DNA of 64,000 bases from an uncultured bacterium (GTDB lineage Bacteria; Acidobacteriota; Thermoanaerobaculia; Multivoradales; JAHZIX01). Below are positions 43,355 through 50,539 of the stretch, in pieces. Location: NCBI GenBank assembly GCA_965368975.1, contig CBDUPA010000002.1, forward strand, positions 457,824 to 521,823, read 5' to 3'. How positions within the stretch are numbered: position 1 is the first letter of the stretch; every line of letters begins with the position of its first letter. Both the position numbers and the translations under genes were made by a program. Under the pieces are notes generated by a model that was given only the letters and a program-made list of their open reading frames with translations, was not told the DNA's origin and made no database searches.

Positions 43355-43380
43355 GTACGAACTCATAGGCTAGTTCGTAC
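43355..43380. promoter_or_regulatory. Perfect 9-bp inverted repeat upstream of the secreted-protein gene (candidate operator)
   Basis: gtacgaact-cataggct-agttcgtac, 33 bp upstream of ATG 43413. Also a direct repeat ttggccctccg at 43261 and 43305. Confidence 0.35.
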
Positions 43381-43412
43381 GCGACACCCAACTCTCTTCA
43401 AAGGAGCGACGC

Positions 43413-44213
43413 ATGAAGCTTTCCACCTCTCTTCTCCTCCTGGGATCGCTGCTGGTGCTGATGCCCGTCAGCTCCCAGGCGGCGATTCAGCCCATGCTGT
43501 TCTTCGAGACGCAGGTTCCCGCTGCATGCCTGGCGGAGCACCCGAACAACAAAGGCAGCTACATTCGGCAGTATCGGGACACCACCAACCCTTGCCCGGG
43601 ACTCTCCGTGTACCACATCGTCCATGGGGCCAACGCGTACGCCTGGAGCTTCGAGAGCTTCTACATCAGCAACGGATTCCTTCGCCAGATGAACGAAATC
43701 TTCATCAACGAGAACACCGGCGCCTTTACCTTCTACAGAGCCTTCCGAGATCAGACGACACTGTCGAAGGGGATTCCCACCATCCCAACGTATATCCCCG
43801 GCACCTCGAAGTTCTGGTATGCACCGCCGTACCATGAAGAACACTGGACGAACGGCAGTGGTCAACCTGTTTGCTTCAACACGCAGCAGAACTGGGTCTG
43901 GGGCTCCCTCAACTGGACGCAAGTCTACGACGGAGGCACCTACTCTGGCTGGCTGCAAGACAAGCGCTCGTCATCGCAGAACCCGAGTACCTGGCACAAT
44001 GTGCAGGTCGTCGTCAGAGTGGACCAGTGGGGCTACGGCAATTACGAGTTCTACCACTACGGCCGCTGGCAGAATCCCGCGACGGGACAGTGGCAGGGGT
44101 TGGGCCTGATCAAGTGGGAGAAGTACTCCGGCTCTCAGCTCGTCATCGCCACCGAGAACCACTATCTGGTGGATTGCAACGTTGTGGCCACGTGCACAAC
44201 ATGCCCTCCCTGA
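43413..44213 (+). CDS. Secreted Trp/Tyr-rich Cys-containing protein of unknown function (lower-GC gene)
   Basis: Signal peptide MKLSTSLLLLGSLLVLMPVSSQA; RBS AAGGAG at 43401. 266 aa, ~15% aromatic residues, C-terminal CNVVATCTTCPP. GC ~57% versus ~68% background. No recognisable family. Confidence 0.55.
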   Translation: MKLSTSLLLLGSLLVLMPVSSQAAIQPMLFFETQVPAACLAEHPNNKGSYIRQYRDTTNPCPGLSVYHIVHGANAYAWSFESFYISNGFLRQMNEIFINENTGAFTFYRAFRDQTTLSKGIPTIPTYIPGTSKFWYAPPYHEEHWTNGSGQPVCFNTQQNWVWGSLNWTQVYDGGTYSGWLQDKRSSSQNPSTWHNVQVVVRVDQWGYGNYEFYHYGRWQNPATGQWQGLGLIKWEKYSGSQLVIATENHYLVDCNVVATCTTCPP

Positions 44214-45533
44214 TCAGCCACTTCCCGGTGCAAGGACCTCAATCTCCAAATCGAAGGGCTGCGACCCCTGGTCGCTGAACCAGGTCACGTTCTCAGCCAC
44301 CATGTCGAGTCTCACCCAGTAGGTCCCAGGCTCCGCCGGGACGGTCAAGTCGAGCTCGAGTTCGGCTTGCTGTCCCGGTTCCAGGTCCGTGGACAGGGCA
44401 GCACGACCCCATTCCCTCCAGACGCCTTGGGGCTCGCCGTCGACCTTCGGCCGTAGGCGCGCGCCGAGCAGAGTCTCGCCAGGGAACCGGCCGTCGCCGT
44501 GGAGCCACAGGGAGTCGCCGCTGTTGCGCACCTGGCACCGCCAGCTGAGCCGCGAGGCCGCGGCGGCGCTCGTCTCGGACGCCGTGTCGTGCAACAGCCG
44601 GATCTCGGCGGCGTGACGGCCCGGTTGACGGGTGGTGAGCTGGGTTTCGCCTTTGTAGAGCAGAATGAACTGGTTGGCCAACAGCTGGTCCTTCTGGTGG
44701 CGCCAGAAGTGCGAGAAGTGCTTGCCGCGCAGGAAGGCAGCTTGCTCGCTGGCTGGGATCTCCGGTGCCCTCAAGGCGACGGGCACGAAGGTGACGCGAC
44801 TGAAGCCGGCGTCGAGGGCGGCGACTTCGAGATCTTCGAGGACCACGTCGTTTTCCAGCACAGCCGTCTCCTCCACTTCGCGCTGGCTGGTAGGCGCCGA
44901 GGAATGCTCGCGCCCCGGCTCGGACATCGCGACGATGCCGCCGGGACGCAGCACGCGCTGCATCTCACGCAACACATCTCCGGGATTCGGGATGTGGTGG
45001 TAGGCGTCATGGATGACGATGCGATCGACAGAAGCAGCGTCGAGAGGTAGGCGGTAGCCATCGTAGGGCAAGAAGAGGGGGTCGAGATCCCAGCGCGTGC
45101 GGGCGTCGCGCTCGAACAGCTCACGGCCCAGTCGTAGAGCGGTGGCCGAGACGTCGACCGACACGGTCCGGCAGCCGTGGAGATTCAGGAAGTGGGAGAT
45201 CCAGCAGCTGCCCGCCCCCAACTCGAGCACTCGGTCCCCCGGCCCAACCCGCAGGTAGTGCAACAGCACGCCCAGGTTGAAGAGGTAGCGCGGAAAGGCG
45301 AAGGGATCGCTGTACGGCTTGCCGAGCAGGTAGGCTCGATACGGCGCCTGCGCGAAGTACGCCTCGGCGGCGGCGTTGAGTTCGTCGGTGCGCTGCTCGA
45401 TCTCGGACGCCCTATCGACACCAGCCGCCGCCGGCATTCGGATCTGCGGCCGTAGCAGTACCTGGACGGCGGCGTCGGTGAGTCGGCCGGTCAGCCGGCG
45501 GACGAAGCGGTGGAGCCAGGATCGCGATGCCAT
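44214..45533 (-). CDS. Class I SAM-dependent methyltransferase with a C-terminal beta-sandwich-like extension
   Basis: Motif I VLELGAGSCWIS, motif post-I RTVSVDVS, PGGIVAM. C-terminal ~150 aa (…PGTYWVRLDMVAENVTWF…) resembles an Ig/CARDB-like domain. Stop abuts the stop of the convergent gene (44213/44214). Confidence 0.7.
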   Translation of the reverse strand: MASRSWLHRFVRRLTGRLTDAAVQVLLRPQIRMPAAAGVDRASEIEQRTDELNAAAEAYFAQAPYRAYLLGKPYSDPFAFPRYLFNLGVLLHYLRVGPGDRVLELGAGSCWISHFLNLHGCRTVSVDVSATALRLGRELFERDARTRWDLDPLFLPYDGYRLPLDAASVDRIVIHDAYHHIPNPGDVLREMQRVLRPGGIVAMSEPGREHSSAPTSQREVEETAVLENDVVLEDLEVAALDAGFSRVTFVPVALRAPEIPASEQAAFLRGKHFSHFWRHQKDQLLANQFILLYKGETQLTTRQPGRHAAEIRLLHDTASETSAAAASRLSWRCQVRNSGDSLWLHGDGRFPGETLLGARLRPKVDGEPQGVWREWGRAALSTDLEPGQQAELELDLTVPAEPGTYWVRLDMVAENVTWFSDQGSQPFDLEIEVLAPGSG

Positions 45534-45591
45534 TTCATGATTGTCTCATCCAGGCGCGCGGCGGTGCTACTGGTCTGTGGAGCAGTTTCGG

Positions 45592-45630
45592 CCATGCAGG
45601 AATCATGACGTGCCTTGATTCCTGGCATGG
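45592..45630. promoter_or_regulatory. 14/15-bp inverted repeat in the divergent promoter region between the methyltransferase and the NRPS gene (candidate operator)
   Basis: ccatgcaggaatca-tgacgtgcc-t-tgattcctggcatgg; arms differ by a single inserted c. Confidence 0.4.
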
Positions 45631-45687
45631 GGCGGAGGACAATCGCGAGAGGAAGAGGCCCCTCAGGTCTCTCTGGAGGAGGAAATC

Positions 45688-48600
45688 ATGTCGACGTCGG
45701 ATCCGTCGCGTCCGAATGGCGCGCAGACGCCGCAGCCTACGCTCAGCGGGACGCAGCAGCTCTTGGCCGCACAGCTGACGGCCTTCAACCAGCTGGTGCA
45801 GAATCAACTGGCGGCGCTGCGTGGCGCTGGCGTGCGCAACCAGGCACCAGCAACGCAGGGCACGGCCGCGACGCAGGGGGCAGCCGCGACGCAGGGAGCA
45901 CCGCCACCAGCTCCCACCGAGCCATCAACGACGACGCAAGCAGAGGCAACCCCAGCCGGAGACAAGAAGCTCGCCTTCTTCACCCGCCGCGACGGCAAAC
46001 CCGGCCTGAAAGGTGCGACGGTGGGCGACGAGTCGCTGCGGCACGAGGTGCCGGACATCGTGCTCGAAGCGCGAGAGGAAGTGAAGTTCAGCTTCTACTT
46101 CTTCGGCAACTACCCGGCCGGCTTCCGCGACGACAAATACGACCTCCTTTTCCGGGCGGCGCGCTTCGCCGACACGCACGGCTTCGAAGGGCTGTGGTTC
46201 CCGGAGCGGCACTTCCATCCGTTCGGCGGCCTGTCACCCAACGCGTCGGTACTGGCGGCAGCGCTGGCGCGGGAGACGGAACGGGTGCGCCTGTGCTCCG
46301 GCAGCGTGGTGCTGCCCCTACACCATCCGGTGCGGGTAGCGGAGGAATGGTCCCTGGTGGACAACCTGTCCAAAGGGCGCGTGGGACTGTCCGTCGCGTC
46401 CGGCTGGCATCCCAACGACTTTGTGCTGGCACCGGAGAATTTCGGCAAGCACAAAGACCTGACGTTCGATCGTATCGACATCATTCGGCGCCTGTGGCGC
46501 GGCGAGCCGGTGACGTTCCCGGACGGCGCCGGCAACGACTTTCCGGTGCAGCTCTTCCCGCGACCGCTGCAGCAAGAGCCGACCATCTGGATGACGGTGG
46601 TCAACAACCCGGAAACCTACCGCCGCGCGGGCGAGGTCGGCGCCGGGGTCTTGACCAACCTGATGTCGCAGACGCCGGAGGCGCTGGCGGACAACCTCAA
46701 GATTCACCGGCAGGCGCTGCTCGACCACGGGCACGACCCGGAGAAGGCCCCGGTGACGGTGCTGCTGCACACGTTCCTCGGCAGCGACCAGCAAGCCGTG
46801 ATGGAGCATGCGCGCAAGCCGTTTCACGCCTACCTGGAATCGTCCGTGGGACTGTTCAAGAACATGGCGGCGGCACACGGGGTGTCGGTCGATTTCGACC
46901 GCCTGAGCGAAGAAGACAACGAGTACTTGATGGACCTGGCCTACCAGCGCTACGCGGCGACCAGCGCGCTGGTCGGCACGCCCGACACGTGCATGCCGAT
47001 CGTCGAACGATTGCGCCAGATGGGGGTACACGAGATTGCCTGCCTGGTGGACTTCGGTGTCGACGCACCGTCCGTGCAAGAGAGCCTGCCCTTCGTCGAC
47101 GAGCTACGACAGCGCTTCGAGGCCGAGGCAGTGCAACAGCGCGGACCGATGGACCTCCCCGCGCCGGCGGCACCGCCCTCGGCGATGTCTGCGACGACGC
47201 CCCAGCCGGGGCGCATCATGGACGCACGGGGAGCCCAGATAGAGGCAGACAGCTTCCCGCTCACCGGTTCGCAGCAGCAGCTCTACACCCTCGCCGCCTT
47301 CAGCCCGGCCGCCAGCGCCGCCTACAACGAGCACATGGTGCTGGAACTGAACGGTCCCCTGCAGCTGCCGGCGCTGGAAGCGGCGCTGGCACAGGTGGTG
47401 CTTCGGCACGAGGCGCTACGCACGGTGCTGGTGCCAACAGCGGGTGACGACAACGACCATCAGCGCGTGCTGCAGTCCGTGGATCTACGCCTCTCCCTGG
47501 TCGATGCAACGGGCCTGGGTGCCGCTGGCATCGAGATCGTATCCGAAGCGTGGCGCGCCGAGATCGGCGGTCGAGCGTTGGACCTGGAGCACGGGCCACT
47601 AGCCCGCATCGGCCTGCTGCGACTGGGCGGCGGACGTCACCTGCTGGCGCTGATCGTCCATCACACGATGGCCGATGGTCTATCGCTGGTGGTCGTGGGA
47701 CGTGAGCTGCTGGCCCTCTACGATGCCTTCGCTAGCGGCACCGAGCCACCGGTGCTGCCAGCACCGATGTCCATCCGCGACTATGCCGCCTGGATCGACG
47801 CGGCGCTGGCGCAGCGCGACATCGAAGCCTGCGACGCCTGGTGGCGCCAACACATGGCGGCTCCGCTGCCGACCTTCGACCCACCGACGGACCGGCCACG
47901 ACCGCCGGTGCGCAGCTTCGAAGGAGATCGCCGCTGGCTGCGTCTCGACGGCGACTTCCTACAAGCCGTGCGCGACTTGGGCGCCAAGCATGGCTGCACC
48001 CTGACCGTGACGCTGCTCGCCGCTTACGCCGAGGTGCTGCGGCGCTGGTGTGGCCAGGACGACGTCATCGTCGGCATTGCCGCCGCGCATCGACCCGGCG
48101 GAGCCCAAGGTGAAGCGCTGGTGGGGCACACCACGGACGTCCTGCCGCTGCGCTGGAACCGCGCCGGTGAAGCCGGCGACCTCGACTTCGCCAACCACCT
48201 GAAAGCCACCCGTCACCTGCTCTTCGACGCCCAGGAGCACGACTGCGGCTTTCCGCACCTGCTGCGCCTGCTCGACGTCAAGCCCGAGCCGGGCCGCGGT
48301 TCGCTGGTGAGCACCATCTTCAACATCGACCCCGAGCTGCCGCTGCCTCCGTCCGGCGGCCTGCAGACGCGCGTTGGCGAACCGGTGTTCCGCAAAATCA
48401 AGTTCGACCTGGCGCTACATGTCGTCCCTGGACTTGCTGTCCCCAGTCTGGCCGCCCCCGGAGTTGCCGGCCCCGGAGCTGGAGAGGCAGGGTCGACCAC
48501 CGGCAACCTGGCCTTCGGTCTCGACTACGTCACCGACCTGTTCGACGCCACCACCATGCAGCGCCTGCTCGGCCACCTGCACACTCTGCTCGACGCCGCC

Positions 48601-50535
48601 GTCGCCGACCCGGCACGACCGCTGACGTCGCTGCCCCTGTGCTCGACGGCGCAGCGGCAGCAAGCGCTCTACGAGTGGGGCGGCTACCGTCCTTTCGAGG
48701 TGGCTTTCGACCCCGAAGATCCAGAGCTGGGCGGCAACATTGCGCACCAGTTCCGACAGCAAGCGGCCCGCACCCCGGATGCCGTCGCGGTGGTGGCGGG
48801 ACATTGCCACCTCAGCTACCGGGAGCTCGACCGCCGCGCCCACAGCCTGGCCGCACAGTTGGTACAGCTGGGCATCCGCCCGGAGACGCCCGTGGCTCTG
48901 TGCACCGAGCGCAGCCTGGAGCGCATCGTCGCCCTGGTCGGCATCCTCGCCGTCGGCGGCGTCTACCTGCCGCTCGACCCCGCCGACCCCGCGCGACGCC
49001 TCGGCTACCTACTCGACGACACCGGCGTCCAGCTGGTCCTCGGCACCGGCGAGCAGCTCGACCGCCTGCCGCTGGACGAATTGGACGAACGCGACATCGA
49101 GATGCTGGAGCTGGAGGAGCTGGACGTGCACAACGAGGTGGAGAGCGCACCGCTTCCCGCCTGCCACCCCGACCAGCTCGCCTATATCGTCTACACCTCC
49201 GGCTCGACCGGCCAGCCCAAAGGCGTCCGCGTGCCGCACCGCGCCGTCCTACGCCTGGTACAGCGCACCGACTTCGCACGCATGGACGCGGACGAAACCT
49301 GGCTGCACGCCGCGCCACTCGCCTTCGACGCCTCGAAGCTCGAAATCTGGGGCGCCCTGCTGCACGGCAGCCGCCTGGTGCTGCTGCCGCCCGGCAAGCA
49401 AGACCTGGCGTCGATCGCGCGCGTGATCGAACGCGGTGGCATCTCCTCCGCCTGGTTGACGGCAGCGCTGTTCCAGCAGATGGTGGAACAGCAACTGCCA
49501 AGACTGGGGGGTCTGCGTCAATTGCTGGCGGGCGGCGATGTCCTCGCTCCGGACGCTGTGCGCCGGCTGCTCGAAGTCCACGACAGCCTGCGATTGATCG
49601 ACGGCTACGGCCCCACTGAAAACACCACCTTCACCACCTGCGGCCCGGTCGATCGCCCCGAAGACGTCGGCACCACGGTGAGCATCGGCCGCCCGATCGC
49701 GGGGACCCGGATCTTGGTGCTGGACGAGAACAGCCAGCCCGTGCCGCCGGGTGTGCCCGGGGAGTTGCTGGCGGCGGGAAGCGGCCTGGCACGCGACTAC
49801 CTAGCGCAACCGGCCCTGACCGCCGAGCGCTTCGTGCCGAATCCATTTCCAGGCGCCCCGGGAGAACGCGTCTACCGCACCGGCGACCGTGCCCGCTTCT
49901 TCGCCGACGGCCGCCTCGACTTCCTAGGCCGCATCGACCAGCAGGTCAAAGTGCGCGGCTTCCGCGTCGAACCGGGCGAGATCGAAGCGGTACTCGGCGA
50001 GCATCCGGAAGTGTCGCAGGCAGCGGTGGTGCTGCGTCGGGATGAGGAGGACCAGAGCCTCGTCGCCTTTGTGTCGCCACGTGAGTTGCTAGCCGGGGAT
50101 GGGGAAGTGTCGCCAGAACTGGCGCAAAGCCTGACGGCGACAATCCGGACCTACCTGGAACATCGCCTGCCGCCATACATGGTCCCGTCCGTCTTCGAAG
50201 TGCTGCCGCGCCTGCCGGTGAACGCCAACGGCAAACTGGACCGGAAGGCACTAGCGAGCCTGGCTGAAGGAGCGCAGACGGCATCGGCCGCGGTGAAGAT
50301 TGCGCCGCGGACACCGCTGGAGACGCGACTGACAGAGATGTGGTGCGAGGTGCTGAAGCGGGACGAGGTCGGGGTGACGGAGAACTTCTTTGACCTCGGC
50401 GGACATTCTTTGCTGGCGACGCGGTTGTTGTACCGCGTGCACCAGGCGTATGGCGTCGAGTTGCCGATGCTGGAGCTGTTCCAACATCCGACGATCGAGG
50501 AGTTGGCGGCGCGGGTGGAGGGTGTGCGGGGGTAG
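45688..50535 (+). CDS. Non-ribosomal peptide synthetase, single module: luciferase-like monooxygenase (LLM)-C-A-PCP (1615 aa)
   Basis: RBS GGAGGAGG. LLM domain (FSFYFFGNY...HGFEGLWFPERHFHPFGG...SVASGWHPNDF). C-domain HHTMADGLS. A-domain AYIVYTSGSTGQPKGV, FDASKLEIW, YGPTENTTFTT, YRTGDRARF, NGKLDRKAL. PCP FFDLGGHSLLATRLL. No TE or reductase domain. Confidence 0.9.
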   Translation: MSTSDPSRPNGAQTPQPTLSGTQQLLAAQLTAFNQLVQNQLAALRGAGVRNQAPATQGTAATQGAAATQGAPPPAPTEPSTTTQAEATPAGDKKLAFFTRRDGKPGLKGATVGDESLRHEVPDIVLEAREEVKFSFYFFGNYPAGFRDDKYDLLFRAARFADTHGFEGLWFPERHFHPFGGLSPNASVLAAALARETERVRLCSGSVVLPLHHPVRVAEEWSLVDNLSKGRVGLSVASGWHPNDFVLAPENFGKHKDLTFDRIDIIRRLWRGEPVTFPDGAGNDFPVQLFPRPLQQEPTIWMTVVNNPETYRRAGEVGAGVLTNLMSQTPEALADNLKIHRQALLDHGHDPEKAPVTVLLHTFLGSDQQAVMEHARKPFHAYLESSVGLFKNMAAAHGVSVDFDRLSEEDNEYLMDLAYQRYAATSALVGTPDTCMPIVERLRQMGVHEIACLVDFGVDAPSVQESLPFVDELRQRFEAEAVQQRGPMDLPAPAAPPSAMSATTPQPGRIMDARGAQIEADSFPLTGSQQQLYTLAAFSPAASAAYNEHMVLELNGPLQLPALEAALAQVVLRHEALRTVLVPTAGDDNDHQRVLQSVDLRLSLVDATGLGAAGIEIVSEAWRAEIGGRALDLEHGPLARIGLLRLGGGRHLLALIVHHTMADGLSLVVVGRELLALYDAFASGTEPPVLPAPMSIRDYAAWIDAALAQRDIEACDAWWRQHMAAPLPTFDPPTDRPRPPVRSFEGDRRWLRLDGDFLQAVRDLGAKHGCTLTVTLLAAYAEVLRRWCGQDDVIVGIAAAHRPGGAQGEALVGHTTDVLPLRWNRAGEAGDLDFANHLKATRHLLFDAQEHDCGFPHLLRLLDVKPEPGRGSLVSTIFNIDPELPLPPSGGLQTRVGEPVFRKIKFDLALHVVPGLAVPSLAAPGVAGPGAGEAGSTTGNLAFGLDYVTDLFDATTMQRLLGHLHTLLDAAVADPARPLTSLPLCSTAQRQQALYEWGGYRPFEVAFDPEDPELGGNIAHQFRQQAARTPDAVAVVAGHCHLSYRELDRRAHSLAAQLVQLGIRPETPVALCTERSLERIVALVGILAVGGVYLPLDPADPARRLGYLLDDTGVQLVLGTGEQLDRLPLDELDERDIEMLELEELDVHNEVESAPLPACHPDQLAYIVYTSGSTGQPKGVRVPHRAVLRLVQRTDFARMDADETWLHAAPLAFDASKLEIWGALLHGSRLVLLPPGKQDLASIARVIERGGISSAWLTAALFQQMVEQQLPRLGGLRQLLAGGDVLAPDAVRRLLEVHDSLRLIDGYGPTENTTFTTCGPVDRPEDVGTTVSIGRPIAGTRILVLDENSQPVPPGVPGELLAAGSGLARDYLAQPALTAERFVPNPFPGAPGERVYRTGDRARFFADGRLDFLGRIDQQVKVRGFRVEPGEIEAVLGEHPEVSQAAVVLRRDEEDQSLVAFVSPRELLAGDGEVSPELAQSLTATIRTYLEHRLPPYMVPSVFEVLPRLPVNANGKLDRKALASLAEGAQTASAAVKIAPRTPLETRLTEMWCEVLKRDEVGVTENFFDLGGHSLLATRLLYRVHQAYGVELPMLELFQHPTIEELAARVEGVRG
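45970..47100 (+). other. Luciferase-like monooxygenase domain (natural-product LLM type) fused N-terminally to the NRPS module
   Basis: TIM-barrel flavin monooxygenase-like motifs; ~375 aa. Confidence 0.7.
47155..48480 (+). other. NRPS condensation domain
   Basis: HHTMADGLS (nt ~47660). Confidence 0.8.
48565..50130 (+). other. NRPS adenylation domain
   Basis: A3 TSGSTGQPKG (nt ~49195), A4 FDAS, A5 YGPTE, A10 NGKLDRKAL. Confidence 0.85.
50290..50500 (+). other. PCP (thiolation) domain
   Basis: LTEMWCEVLKRDEVGVTENFFDLGGHSLLATRLLYRV. Confidence 0.85.
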
Positions 50536-50539
50536 TGAG

